From a virus: DNA of 64,000 bases. The position numbers were made by a program, and so were the translations under genes. Numbering within the stretch: the stretch's first letter is position 1; every line of letters starts with the position of its first letter. The notes under the pieces were generated by a model. It made no database searches. It was not told the DNA's origin and saw only the letters and a program-made list of their open reading frames with translations. Location: IMG/VR virus record IMGVR_UViG_3300009068_000001, positions 35,806 to 99,805 of that record. The stretch is one strand, 5' to 3'. Positions 9,792-20,067 of this stretch are shown here, one piece after another.

Positions 9792-11540
9792 TTAAATTCC
9801 ACCAGTAACTGTAGTCACTAAGCTAGTAGAAAGCAGGTATGGAATTTCATTTGCAGCAAGAGAAAGAGTTGCAAGAGATCCAGAACCATCTTTAGAAAGC
9901 TGGGTAACTGTAGCAGAGACTACGCCAGGAACATTTTGAATTGCGGCGGTAATAGTAGAGAGTGGAATTGTTCTTCCAAAGGTGTTTTTATCATAGTAGA
10001 ACAAGCCAGTTTCCCCAAGCATTGCTTGATAGATACCTAGTTTTACATCTGAATTTTTCCATGCCGAATCTGCTGTAACGGTTGCAGATAAGTATATTGG
10101 AACATAGGTTGGTGGAAGAACGGTTAGGGTTGTTCCTGCCATGATTTTATCGGCCATATAACTTTGAATAGCATAGGAAAGATTAGTCCATGCTGAAGTA
10201 GGTGTTAATGAGATAGCTAAACCACCAGATACATATGCTGTAGTAAGCGTGCTAGCTACGGTAAAAGTTACTGTTGAAGGTACTGCAGTAACTACAACGT
10301 TTTGTAAATTATACGCTACAGGATTAACACCAGAAATATTAAGAGTGTTTCCAATAGCAAATCCGTGGTCTACGTCAGTAGCAAAAGTTACTGCTGTACC
10401 TGTTGTGGCAATACCTACAATGTTTGCTTGAGGATATCCTGTGGCAGCTTGACCGTCGTTTAGTGGTTGAGCATAAAGGTTTACGTTAGTGTAAACACTT
10501 GATGCAGCGCTAGCTTTTCCTACGCCTTCTGCAAGAGTAGCTAGATAGGCAAAGTCGTCTACAGTTACCGCCCTACGTCTAGTTAAAACTGCAGCTTTAA
10601 TTTTGTTTTTAATATCTGTTAGTGTGTCTCCATCAGCACCGCCTGTTGCAGTGGCGTTATTGGAAACAGTAAAATAAGAGGTAATTTGTGGATCAACGTT
10701 TCCAGGAAAGAAAGTAAGTTCAGTAATAGAAAGGGACTTAATATTTCCAGCCGAACCAACGCTTACCTTATAAGTTGCACTAATAAGCTGGCCGCTTGGT
10801 GGAATAGCACCGTTGACATTATCACCAAATACAATATCAACTGTTCCATCTTCATTTGGTGACGTAGTAAATACTTTATCATTTGGTCCAGATTCAAATA
10901 AATTATCTACATAAGTCCAGTTACCAAAAGCAACACCTTGACCTACGTAAACTGTAATTGAATTGTTTACAAGACCTGGTTCAGGAACAGTAAACGTTTG
11001 ATTAGATCTACCATCTGACGATCCAATATTAGCTGGCAAAGCAATATTGTATGTGCTATCAATTAAGTCTGGCTTGTCAGTGTTTACTGTTTTTCCTTCT
11101 TGACACGGAAGAGTAATTGCTGTACCCGGAGCTACTGCTGTAGCTGAGGTAGTAGTTTCAAAATATACTTCAGAGTAAGCACCAAAAGAAAGGGGAGCCA
11201 TAACTTGAGTTCCAATTGGAATATCAATTGTGTTACTACTAATATTAGTGAAGGTAACATTTACTGTTGCTGGAGTTGGACCAGAGATTACATAGTCATA
11301 CAGCTTAGCAAAAGATAACAAAGTCTTACGTTGAATAGCAGTATCAATAGTAGTCTCATTTGCAATACGGTCTAGGTAGTGAGACATAATGTCTCCCATA
11401 TAAGCAAATGTTTCAACCAGTACGTGGCCTAAATCAGAGTAGTCAGTAGGGTCCCAAGTAGTATTAGTACGTTCTTTGATTAGATCAATAAGGTCTGCTT
11501 TTAATGCAGCAAAATCTCTAGATGTATAGTCAATTTGCAT
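9792..11540 (-). CDS. baseplate J / T4 gp6-like wedge protein
   Basis: IDYTSRDFAALK..; FGDNVNGAIPP; ATGGADGD..RRAVTVDDF. Confidence 0.9.
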   Translation of the reverse strand: MQIDYTSRDFAALKADLIDLIKERTNTTWDPTDYSDLGHVLVETFAYMGDIMSHYLDRIANETTIDTAIQRKTLLSFAKLYDYVISGPTPATVNVTFTNISSNTIDIPIGTQVMAPLSFGAYSEVYFETTTSATAVAPGTAITLPCQEGKTVNTDKPDLIDSTYNIALPANIGSSDGRSNQTFTVPEPGLVNNSITVYVGQGVAFGNWTYVDNLFESGPNDKVFTTSPNEDGTVDIVFGDNVNGAIPPSGQLISATYKVSVGSAGNIKSLSITELTFFPGNVDPQITSYFTVSNNATATGGADGDTLTDIKNKIKAAVLTRRRAVTVDDFAYLATLAEGVGKASAASSVYTNVNLYAQPLNDGQAATGYPQANIVGIATTGTAVTFATDVDHGFAIGNTLNISGVNPVAYNLQNVVVTAVPSTVTFTVASTLTTAYVSGGLAISLTPTSAWTNLSYAIQSYMADKIMAGTTLTVLPPTYVPIYLSATVTADSAWKNSDVKLGIYQAMLGETGLFYYDKNTFGRTIPLSTITAAIQNVPGVVSATVTQLSKDGSGSLATLSLAANEIPYLLSTSLVTTVTGGI

Positions 11541-11544
11541 TATC

Positions 11545-11940
11545 TTAATACCCCGCTGTCGTGGTTCCGTTGTAGTTAATGGTGCCTGTGTTAATACTTA
11601 GAGAAGTAAGTGTATCATCTGGTAGCTTTAGAGACACGATTACGTTTTCTGTACCGTCATTGTTTTCCCCAGAAAACTCCACAGAGGTTACGCTAACCTG
11701 TGGGATCCACTTTGCAACGGCTTCTGAGATAGCGATTGGAATAGCAATTCTTGCGTCGCTGTCGTTTTCAAAAAGGCTTCTACTCCAGTCAACCCCATAC
11801 TTTGGTTCCATAGGGCGTTGACCAACATAGTAAGACAAAAGGGTTAGAACTTTATCTAAGTAAATTTTAGTAGGTGATTCTGTGTATTGAGGCACTCCAG
11901 AAGGGCTTATAGTGTAAGGAAAGCTGAGAGCTTTGCTCAT
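11545..11940 (-). CDS. baseplate wedge gp25/gpW-like
   Basis: ALSFPY..LL..GQRPMEPKYG..W.PQV.V. Confidence 0.85.
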   Translation of the reverse strand: MSKALSFPYTISPSGVPQYTESPTKIYLDKVLTLLSYYVGQRPMEPKYGVDWSRSLFENDSDARIAIPIAISEAVAKWIPQVSVTSVEFSGENNDGTENVIVSLKLPDDTLTSLSINTGTINYNGTTTAGY

Positions 11941-12533
11941 GATTGTACTCCTATCCATACTGGGTAATCAGGATCTCCGGCAATAAACATAACCCAAACT
12001 AACTGGTTTATAGCAGGAAAAGTGCGGTGAAAAGTATGCTCCGGAGTTTTAAGACTAGTAGATGAACTAGTAGTTCCGGGTGCACTAAGACCACTAGCAG
12101 TAGTATATGTGCTAGTCTCTAAAGTGTCTGTAGTAGCCGTAGGAGAAGATGTAACAACATTATCAGTAACCATTGTTTTAGTTGTAACATGCGGGTGATT
12201 TAATTGACCTCCCCCACTTTTAGCCACAACTGTAAGCGCAGGAATTGTAACAGACCCGCCTTGCGGATCAGATGCTGTTGTTGCTGTTGTAGTTAGCAAA
12301 GCTGCAATTTGAGATGCGGTATGTGGTTGATGATCTGGATGATAAGATGAGGATGTAATTGGTAGACAAGCCGGAGCCCAGTTATGAGACTCAAGTCCAG
12401 TAGGACCATAAACTAATACTTGAATTCTATTTTTCTTTAAAGGATCTTTAACACTGGTTACCTGTCCAGAATAGAGACCGTAAAAACGAGGACGACCTTG
12501 TGGATCCATCATATACTCAAAATCATTACTCAT
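11937..12533 (-). CDS. baseplate spike OB-fold (gp5/VgrG-like) with Thr-rich insert
   Basis: FYGLYSGQV..DPLKKNRIQV..WA..; VWVMFIAGDPDYPVWIG. Confidence 0.8.
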   Translation of the reverse strand: MSNDFEYMMDPQGRPRFYGLYSGQVTSVKDPLKKNRIQVLVYGPTGLESHNWAPACLPITSSSYHPDHQPHTASQIAALLTTTATTASDPQGGSVTIPALTVVAKSGGGQLNHPHVTTKTMVTDNVVTSSPTATTDTLETSTYTTASGLSAPGTTSSSTSLKTPEHTFHRTFPAINQLVWVMFIAGDPDYPVWIGVQS

Positions 12534-13144
12534 CTTAGTACCTTTCCACTAGTAGTAGCAGACCATTGTACCGTGTTTTTTATTCCATCTAGATTTGGAG
12601 AAGACGCTTTAAATGCTGTAGTACCAGTAACTTTAGGTACCGTAACTTTAGATAAATTTTGAATTGCAGTTTTAGAAGTAACCCCATATTTTGGGCTAAG
12701 AGTAGAAGCGTTTGGACTAAGGCTATACTCAGTAAGTTTAGCGGGAGGGACAGTTAAAGACTGTCCAGCAAAATCGTTTTGAACGTCTCTGGTATCAGAT
12801 CGGTTTATAGCATCTGGGTCTACATCCCCTATAACGTCTGTACCCACCTCAACACTCATTAAGTATTTGGCTACGCTTCCCCCAAAAATATGCTCAATTG
12901 AAATAACTGTCCAGTAACCAGACATTCCATTTGGAAGACCATCTAAATAAATAGGGTCATAAGGACGTAAAGTGGCATGCCCTACAATAGTTATTTTTGC
13001 TCTATGCTGATACTTGTAAGTTTCACTATAGGCTTGAGCTATTCTTTTAGAGTTAGTTAAATCTGTAATAACCTCATGTGGGTGATGCGTTTTAAATTTA
13101 GCAGTTTGTTTTCCACCAGAACCAGCGCTAGAAAAATTAGTCAT
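12530..13144 (-). CDS. baseplate hub (gpD-like), C-terminal half
   Basis: GHATLRPYDPIYLDGL..SGYWTVISIEHIF. Confidence 0.7.
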   Translation of the reverse strand: MTNFSSAGSGGKQTAKFKTHHPHEVITDLTNSKRIAQAYSETYKYQHRAKITIVGHATLRPYDPIYLDGLPNGMSGYWTVISIEHIFGGSVAKYLMSVEVGTDVIGDVDPDAINRSDTRDVQNDFAGQSLTVPPAKLTEYSLSPNASTLSPKYGVTSKTAIQNLSKVTVPKVTGTTAFKASSPNLDGIKNTVQWSATTSGKVLR

Positions 13145-14013
13145 TATATAGCCAACTTTTTTGCAAAATAAGATTTGTTTGGTATAACAACGCCAGAGTT
13201 TCCTTTTGGTGGAACAACATGGGCGTGGGTAGCTTTAACAGCAGCACCAGTATTAGTGTTAACTCCGCTTACAACTCTATCTATACGTGATGAATTTTCT
13301 GGTGCATGATCAGAAATTATTGGTTCAAAGGATAAAATAGTACCTGTCATACGAAGGGCTGCAGGTACTACACCGCCAACTTGATTGTCGACATAGTTAA
13401 AATAAGGGGCAGAGTTTTTTTTACTTTGATAAATTTTATCTTTAGAAACAAAAATTATAGTAGTGTTTTCAGCTCTTAAAGCAAAACCATTTTGTTTAGC
13501 TAAACTTTTACACAGCTGCCAATCACTTTGACCTGATTGAGATACCTGTGCACGAACTCTAGGATCTCTTTGAGTTACCGCAGCCATACTATATTTTTTA
13601 GCAATCTTAGAAACAACTTGATCTGCTGTTACATTTTTATATATTTTTTGATCGGTATTTTTTAAAACCCAAGAAGCTCCCACACATACTACGTCGGTGT
13701 TACCTCCTTGAAGAGAATGATCTTGACGTATGTGGTATATATAACCGTTCCAAGTAGACTTTAATTTTCCTGACCTAAAGGTAAAAATAACAGGGTCGCC
13801 TGAAACAATAGATTCTTTTTTATTAGCCGGCTTTCCTTTATAGTGAAGCACTAAACGGTCGTGCTCATTGGGGTCTTGAAGAAGTTCAGCACCTATCAAT
13901 ACAAGTTCCATGTCAGGAGCTTTAGGGAACGAAGCATCAAACTCACTGTCTTTTGCATTAGAGCTCCATACAAAATTCTTTTGATCTGGAGTACGTGAAT
14001 AACTAGTTGCCAT
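13144..14013 (-). CDS. baseplate hub (gpD-like), N-terminal half
   Basis: TADQVVSKIAKKY..QSGQSDWQLCKSLAKQNGF. Confidence 0.8.
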   Translation of the reverse strand: MATSYSRTPDQKNFVWSSNAKDSEFDASFPKAPDMELVLIGAELLQDPNEHDRLVLHYKGKPANKKESIVSGDPVIFTFRSGKLKSTWNGYIYHIRQDHSLQGGNTDVVCVGASWVLKNTDQKIYKNVTADQVVSKIAKKYSMAAVTQRDPRVRAQVSQSGQSDWQLCKSLAKQNGFALRAENTTIIFVSKDKIYQSKKNSAPYFNYVDNQVGGVVPAALRMTGTILSFEPIISDHAPENSSRIDRVVSGVNTNTGAAVKATHAHVVPPKGNSGVVIPNKSYFAKKLAI

Positions 14014-14284
14014 AAGGAACTCTTAAAATAGTGCCTTCTGTAATATCAAATGGGTCTTGAATTTCTGGATTAATTTCCATAATCTCCCACCAATATTTAG
14101 CTCCAACGCCAAAAACTTCAGAAAGATTAGAAAGGCTATCTCCGTCTTTCCAAGTATAAGAAACATAGTTAACTGTTTGATTATCAGCAAAATTTCTAAA
14201 TACAGAAATTACATACTCACCTGTATATTTAGCTTCAGTTTGAGTTAACGATCCATCATAATATCTAGAAACTCTTTCAATCAT
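14003..14284 (-). CDS. LysM / tail X-like baseplate protein
   Basis: YTWKDGDSLSNLS..WWEIMEINPEIQDPFDITEGTILRVP. Confidence 0.85.
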   Translation of the reverse strand: MIERVSRYYDGSLTQTEAKYTGEYVISVFRNFADNQTVNYVSYTWKDGDSLSNLSEVFGVGAKYWWEIMEINPEIQDPFDITEGTILRVPYGN

Positions 14285-16056
14285 GCGGGTGCCTTTCCAG
14301 TAGTTTTTAAGTATTCTTTAGTAGCTGCAACAGAAACTTTATCGCCAAACGCAGTCTTTTCATTCCAAAGAGCTGGGTAACGAGCAAAGGAAATGCTAAC
14401 AGTACTGAGCATAGGAACCATATTTAAATCAAACATTGCATGGTTTACACTAAAACTAGCAACAGATCCGTAATACCGTAGGTTTTCATTTAGTACTAGC
14501 CAACAAGGAACACCTGTAGTATATCCAAAGTCAGAAGTAAAACCTTTATAACTACTATTAAAGAGTAAAGAATCTTTTAAAGGATCTCCATTTAAAACAC
14601 GATACAAAAATTCAATATCGTATTCTGTTCCACGATTTAAAATGCCTGCTCTTTCTATAGGATCAAGCGTTCTTCCATAAATTTTATCTTCAGCTATTTT
14701 AGGGTTTTGTAAACGTAAGTACTTTAAATCAGGAATACGGTTAATATAAACCTCAAAGCTAACAACAGAATTACCACTTAGTAAAGTAGCAGGATCACTC
14801 GAACCCATTGTCCAATCTACAGAATTATTAGAAGAACTTTGATACCCAAATTTTTCAGGATTGTACATAAATCTAAATCCCCATTGATTTGTAGAACCCT
14901 TAGAAGACACTAGTTCTTTTAATTTATCTGGGTTTTTATTTAAAATATCTGCACTGTTTATATCTTGAAAAATTCTTCCTCGTTCACCATCAGCAAAAGC
15001 TGGAAGCTCAGCAATAAACTTATCATTTTTTGCGTGTGTTATTCTTTCACCATGTGAGATTCCTCTTGCGTCACGGTGTGGAGGTGGGTTCCACCTAACA
15101 TCTCCTTTAGGAGGAGTAACTGTTGTAATATCTTTTAAACCGTTACCGCTATCTGAAGTATCACTACATGTAGCATTTGACTTAGCAGCAATCATTGGAT
15201 CAGTTACATTTTTCTTAGTCCAAGCAGCTAACTTCTTTTTGTCAGCTAAAACGTCGGCACTCGGAGTACCTTTTGATTGAATTTGATCTCCATTTTTTGT
15301 ACAAGTAAAGTGCTCTTGATTTCCTCTACCACCGAACTGTGCGGTTTTAAAGTTTACAACAAAGTGCCATAATCCACCATTACATTTATCCCAAACATAG
15401 TTACTTAAAACACTTATTTGATTCTGTGCCAAAATAGTATTTTTTTGCATAACCGGTGATTCACCGTATTGAGATTTTATGTATTCTTGGATAGCAACAA
15501 AAGGAAAGACAGGTGCAGTGACTACAGTAGTCCAAGTAATGCTAGGAACTACGTTTCCTGTAGTACCCCAGTTTATTTTATTACTTGCTATTGTTGTCCA
15601 GTTAGGACTAGCATCGCTCTTCCATTGGATTGCTACTGTAGGCGTAGCAATTACCTGTCCGTTTGTAGCCCCAGCTTTACGACTAAAACTTACTTTTTGA
15701 TGTGACTTATCATTTATAATTTTACCTTGCGAAACATAGGCAGTTTGATCGGCAGCCGCATTTGCACTAGCAGTTACACTTATAGTTAACCCATTTGCTA
15801 ACCCATTATCTTCATTGCTACCCGCATTTGGAGAAACAATTGTTCCAGTGTAGGTACCGTCAGATCCTGTAGCAACCCAAGTAGCAAAGTTATTAATCGT
15901 AGTAGCATAGATATCAACTAAATAATATACATAGTATTTAGTATTTGTTTTGTGATTAGCTGCAGTAATTTTTGTATTTTTTACTAGATAATCAGCAGTA
16001 ATAGTAGAGCTCTCGTCTTGATAGCGACGAACGTTTGCATAGTAATAGGTAGCCAT
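14281..16056 (-). CDS. tail tube initiator-like / baseplate protein
   Basis: Position after tape measure; C-terminal FRFMYNP..FSVNHAMFD.NMVP..VSISF. Confidence 0.55.
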   Translation of the reverse strand: MATYYYANVRRYQDESSTITADYLVKNTKITAANHKTNTKYYVYYLVDIYATTINNFATWVATGSDGTYTGTIVSPNAGSNEDNGLANGLTISVTASANAAADQTAYVSQGKIINDKSHQKVSFSRKAGATNGQVIATPTVAIQWKSDASPNWTTIASNKINWGTTGNVVPSITWTTVVTAPVFPFVAIQEYIKSQYGESPVMQKNTILAQNQISVLSNYVWDKCNGGLWHFVVNFKTAQFGGRGNQEHFTCTKNGDQIQSKGTPSADVLADKKKLAAWTKKNVTDPMIAAKSNATCSDTSDSGNGLKDITTVTPPKGDVRWNPPPHRDARGISHGERITHAKNDKFIAELPAFADGERGRIFQDINSADILNKNPDKLKELVSSKGSTNQWGFRFMYNPEKFGYQSSSNNSVDWTMGSSDPATLLSGNSVVSFEVYINRIPDLKYLRLQNPKIAEDKIYGRTLDPIERAGILNRGTEYDIEFLYRVLNGDPLKDSLLFNSSYKGFTSDFGYTTGVPCWLVLNENLRYYGSVASFSVNHAMFDLNMVPMLSTVSISFARYPALWNEKTAFGDKVSVAATKEYLKTTGKAPA

Positions 16057-18428
16057 TAAAGGGCACTTCCAATCTGCTTAAGAATATCACTGTCTTTAAG
16101 TTTCTTGCCAATCATTCTTACTAAACGATCTGCTTCTTGTACAGTTCCCTGAGTGATTTGTACATCCATTTTGAGGTTAATAACAACGTTGCGAGAATGA
16201 CTTGATGAACTTCCTACACCAACATTCATTCCTGCTGAAGGACCACCAAGATCCTCGTTAAAACCTGCGCTAGTTAGTGAAGCACTAAGAGCCGGACTAG
16301 ATAGTTGAGAGGCAGATTTACCTAATTTATTTTGTGTAGCTTTTTTAGCCGACCACATAGAGTCTGAAGAAATAGCTGCAGGCCCAGCTACTACAGCTGC
16401 ACCTGAAGATATAGGACCAGATGGAGCACCACTTAAGTATGGTGCTGGATCAACCTTAACACCTTTTTCATTAAGAATTTCAAAGTGAAGGTGTGGACCG
16501 GTAGAGTTACCCGCACCAGGAGCACCAGCTTTACCGCCAGACTTACCAACAGTTTGTCCAGGAACAACTTCCTGTCCTCTAGAAACACCAATTTGAGACA
16601 AGTGGCCGTAACGAGATGCTGTGCCATCCTCATGTTTTACTTCAATCCAATTTCCATAACCATTAGCATCATTACCAATAGTACTTACAACACCGTTGGT
16701 AACAGCGGTTAAGTTACTTCCTACGGGGGTTCCAAAGTCTATACCTTTGTGATTAGAAGAAATTCCCGGATGGGCAGAGTTATCACGTGGACCAAATGGA
16801 GAAGTGATTGGGGTTGCTTTTGGAACAGGGTATAAGAAAGCTGATGCTTCACCATCGTTAGGGCCACCAACTCCTAGGTTACCGTGATCATTTGGACCAC
16901 CAGAACCAAAGAATCCTGCAATGCCTCCGATAATAGATCCAGCAACAATACTTAAACCTAATGTTTCAGGAGCAAACATTGCTCCAATTGCAGCTCCTGT
17001 AGCAGCGCCAGCACCTGCAGCGGCAAGTGTACTGCCCCCACGTGTAACGCTTTTAGAAGCTCCTACTTTTTTACCTAAAGCTTTTCCGCCCTTACCAACA
17101 CCATAACCTACAGCACCTGCACCTAAACCTGCACCTGCTACTGTTGCACCGGCTGCTAATCCTCCAGCTAATCCTGCACCTTTACCAAGAAGTCCAGCAA
17201 CACCTCCGCCACCCAGTAATCTACTTAACAATGCAAACTGTATAAGAGTTGATGCGGCACCTGCTAGTGCGCCTGTAAATTGAGCAATAACTCCTCCCAT
17301 GTTTCCTGCATTAGGAAGAGTCTGTAAAATTCCTTTAAGGGTCATTAATCCGTCATTAACAGGGCCAAGAGCATCTGCCATTTTACTGTACGCATCATTA
17401 AGAGCGGCAGTAGTACGAAGGGATGCATCATAACCACCAACTAAACCTTGTTCAGTTGCAGCAAGTTTTTTATTTTCACTAGAGTTAAATCTAAAATTAG
17501 CACGAATAGGTGAGCTTTGATCTACACCCATTGCGTTAAGAATCTTGTTAGGGTCTTTCATTTGACCTGCTGTAAGAGCTTTGCCATTGGATGCACGTGC
17601 AAGAATACCTGACTGAATCATCTGCATCAGCTGAGGATCGCCACCAGTAATTTGTTGAATGGTTGCGTAACCCTTACTTCCAGGGTTTAATACAAGAGCA
17701 GCCTGTTGTTTTGTAATCTTTTGACCACGATACAAGAAACTATAAACATCATTAATAATTTGATTAGGCGGTTTTAAGTTACCTTGACGGTCACGAATTT
17801 GAATCCCAGCACGTAAGAAACTCATGCCGTTCATGCCTGCCACACTTGCAGCAGCAGATTCATTGCTCATGCCAGACATGGCGCTTAATCCGCCAATTTG
17901 ACTCATGATATTTTTAGAACTTAATGAGCTAGCTGTATAACCACCTTGATACATTAAGTTCATTGCAGCCATGGTTGGACCCATAGCGCTTGTTGCTCCA
18001 CCACCTACCTGGCGGTTAGCCTGCATAATTGCTTGACGTGAGGACATTCCGCTAAGACCTGCATAAGTATCTGCACCCATACGCTGCGTGACAGCAGCCA
18101 TAGTATTAGGTGCCATCTTCATGTATGTGCTAGCGCCAAATGCAGCTACGCCAATACCTATTCCAACTTTTTCAGCACGTGTAAATGAACCAAGACCAAG
18201 ACGTCCAGCGCCTGGTCTGTCAGAACTCATCTTACTTGTAGCAGCTTCAGTGTCTTTAATAGCCTTAGACCACTCTTCAACCATTTGGTCTACAAGTTTT
18301 TTAGCTTCTTTAAAGTACTTAATAAAGTTTTTAGGTAGGCCATCAAAGTCTACTTGATCCGACATAGATGCAAAACCGGTTGACTCAGCATCAGAAGGGT
18401 TTTCCATATTTCCAAACGCCTCTGCCAT
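16056..18428 (-). CDS. tape measure protein with C-terminal M23 peptidase
   Basis: Ala/Gly/Met-rich helical body; ITSPFGPR..HKGIDF..YGHL..STGPHLHFE. Confidence 0.88.
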   Translation of the reverse strand: MAEAFGNMENPSDAESTGFASMSDQVDFDGLPKNFIKYFKEAKKLVDQMVEEWSKAIKDTEAATSKMSSDRPGAGRLGLGSFTRAEKVGIGIGVAAFGASTYMKMAPNTMAAVTQRMGADTYAGLSGMSSRQAIMQANRQVGGGATSAMGPTMAAMNLMYQGGYTASSLSSKNIMSQIGGLSAMSGMSNESAAASVAGMNGMSFLRAGIQIRDRQGNLKPPNQIINDVYSFLYRGQKITKQQAALVLNPGSKGYATIQQITGGDPQLMQMIQSGILARASNGKALTAGQMKDPNKILNAMGVDQSSPIRANFRFNSSENKKLAATEQGLVGGYDASLRTTAALNDAYSKMADALGPVNDGLMTLKGILQTLPNAGNMGGVIAQFTGALAGAASTLIQFALLSRLLGGGGVAGLLGKGAGLAGGLAAGATVAGAGLGAGAVGYGVGKGGKALGKKVGASKSVTRGGSTLAAAGAGAATGAAIGAMFAPETLGLSIVAGSIIGGIAGFFGSGGPNDHGNLGVGGPNDGEASAFLYPVPKATPITSPFGPRDNSAHPGISSNHKGIDFGTPVGSNLTAVTNGVVSTIGNDANGYGNWIEVKHEDGTASRYGHLSQIGVSRGQEVVPGQTVGKSGGKAGAPGAGNSTGPHLHFEILNEKGVKVDPAPYLSGAPSGPISSGAAVVAGPAAISSDSMWSAKKATQNKLGKSASQLSSPALSASLTSAGFNEDLGGPSAGMNVGVGSSSSHSRNVVINLKMDVQITQGTVQEADRLVRMIGKKLKDSDILKQIGSAL

Positions 18429-18433
18429 TTACA

Positions 18434-18556
18434 TCACCGCCTTATTCTAGCCGTAGCTCTTTCTAGCCAATTTATACGTTCTCTCATGCTGAGATTACGT
18501 ACCTCGTGTAGGGTCCACCCCGGATAGTTCTGGACTATTAAGTCCTGCATATCCAT
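18434..18556 (-). CDS. tail assembly chaperone, downstream (gpT-like) segment; not in ORF track
   Basis: MDMQDLIVQNYPGWTLHEVRNLSMRERINWLERATARIRR; lies between chaperone and tape measure. Confidence 0.7.
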   Translation of the reverse strand: MDMQDLIVQNYPGWTLHEVRNLSMRERINWLERATARIRR

Positions 18557-18578
18557 AAGTAGTTCGTAATCAACCTCG

Positions 18579-19409
18579 TTAGCGAAACAACTCCGCTAAA
18601 GTTAGCGGAAGCGGTACCTCCGCGCCGCAAGACTGACAAGGGACTTTAATTTCACTGAGTTGTGGGCCTGGGTTGCGGTTTGTAATCTCCTGAAGAATTT
18701 CTCTACGGTCTTTTAATCCTAGTTTGCGAACGTCGTCCATTCCCAAAACTGGCATACCGTTGATAGATTCAATACAGTTTTTCAAAAGAATTGTATCCAA
18801 TTCTGCTGAAGTTTTGTTGGTAGCAGTTACAATAGCTTTTTGAGTACTGCCTGTAGGCAGAGTAACTACTACTTCTCCAACCTTACACTTAACTGTAAAA
18901 GTATGTTCCCCATCAAGTTTCTTGAGTGGTACATCCTTAGACAGATCTATTTCAAAAGTCTGTTCAAAGCTACAACTAGGGCATTCTCCAGGTCCTAATT
19001 TAATATCAGAACCAAAGGTAGCCTTTCTAATTGCCAGTAATAATAGCTCACGGTCACCTGCATAGAGAGCATCTAGCGTCTCTTTGTCAGCTGGTTGATC
19101 ACCAATCTTTACTGTTGCTCTTTCAAGAATTGTTAAAAGAGCTTTACCTGGATCGGTAATCTTAGAGATAATCTCTTCGTCTAATCCAGTTAATTCTCTA
19201 ATTTCAGCGGTAGAAATAAAACCTTTAATTGGATCTAAAAATCCACCTAATAGTTCTACATCTGTATCAGGCGGTGGCGTAGTATTTACCTTGGGAGTAT
19301 TACTAGCCACCACCGGATCAGAAGGTTTCATAGCTTTATTAGCTAATTCATTTGCTAAAGCTGGGTTGATTGCTGCATTTATAGCGGTATCTGTAGTCAT
19401 ATTATTCAC
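18579..19409 (-). CDS. tail assembly chaperone / T4 gp26-like hub assembly protein
   Basis: IRELTGLDEE..GDRELLLLAIRKATFG..CPSC..CQSCG; between tube and tape measure. Confidence 0.8.
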   Translation of the reverse strand: MNNMTTDTAINAAINPALANELANKAMKPSDPVVASNTPKVNTTPPPDTDVELLGGFLDPIKGFISTAEIRELTGLDEEIISKITDPGKALLTILERATVKIGDQPADKETLDALYAGDRELLLLAIRKATFGSDIKLGPGECPSCSFEQTFEIDLSKDVPLKKLDGEHTFTVKCKVGEVVVTLPTGSTQKAIVTATNKTSAELDTILLKNCIESINGMPVLGMDDVRKLGLKDRREILQEITNRNPGPQLSEIKVPCQSCGAEVPLPLTLAELFR

Positions 19410-19420
19410 CTTTAATTAGT

Positions 19421-20053
19421 TTATTTACCAGCAGTTAATGAAATTTCCGCAGCAGTATTAGCTAGTGTGTAATCTGTTGCGTATGCTACATCAAATCCTT
19501 CGTGTACTAAAGACATTTCTTCTACCATAAGGGTATTAGCTCCTGCATCTAGATTGCTATAGGATAGTGATGAGATCCAAGCGTTGTAAACCTTAAAGCG
19601 AAGTGAGGTATGTTGAGAACTAGCAACAGTTGCTTGAACCTGTGGAGTACCTCCACCTGTACTTGCTTGAGGATTTGGATGGCTAAGAACTTGAATATCA
19701 ATGTCGCAACGAAATCCCGCACCTACACCTTGACTAATTGAAGGTGTAATTACTGAGAAAAGGCGCTTCATCCATAGGGCATTTGAGTTCTGTCCTAGCA
19801 TTACTCCCTTAGAAAGAGTAATTGGGGTGAATGCTGATTGACCAGGGATCTGGTGAACGTTAGTATTGTATCCACCTTCACGATAGGCAATAGGCTCCGT
19901 TGTTACGCTCAACCCTGATAGGGAAACAAATCCCAGTGTTGCTGGCTTTGCGGCATCGGTCCATTCAGCTGTTGGTTTAAATGTAACTAAGAATCTAAAA
20001 TTACGGACTGGATCCGTCATCAAAGTACTTAGTGGATTTGTATAGGCTGCCAT
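19421..20053 (-). CDS. tail tube protein (T4 gp19-like)
   Basis: DPVRNFRFLV..IAYREGG..PITLSKG..VYNAW..LVHEGF. Confidence 0.92.
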   Translation of the reverse strand: MAAYTNPLSTLMTDPVRNFRFLVTFKPTAEWTDAAKPATLGFVSLSGLSVTTEPIAYREGGYNTNVHQIPGQSAFTPITLSKGVMLGQNSNALWMKRLFSVITPSISQGVGAGFRCDIDIQVLSHPNPQASTGGGTPQVQATVASSQHTSLRFKVYNAWISSLSYSNLDAGANTLMVEEMSLVHEGFDVAYATDYTLANTAAEISLTAGK

Positions 20054-20067
20054 TTTTTATATCTCCT

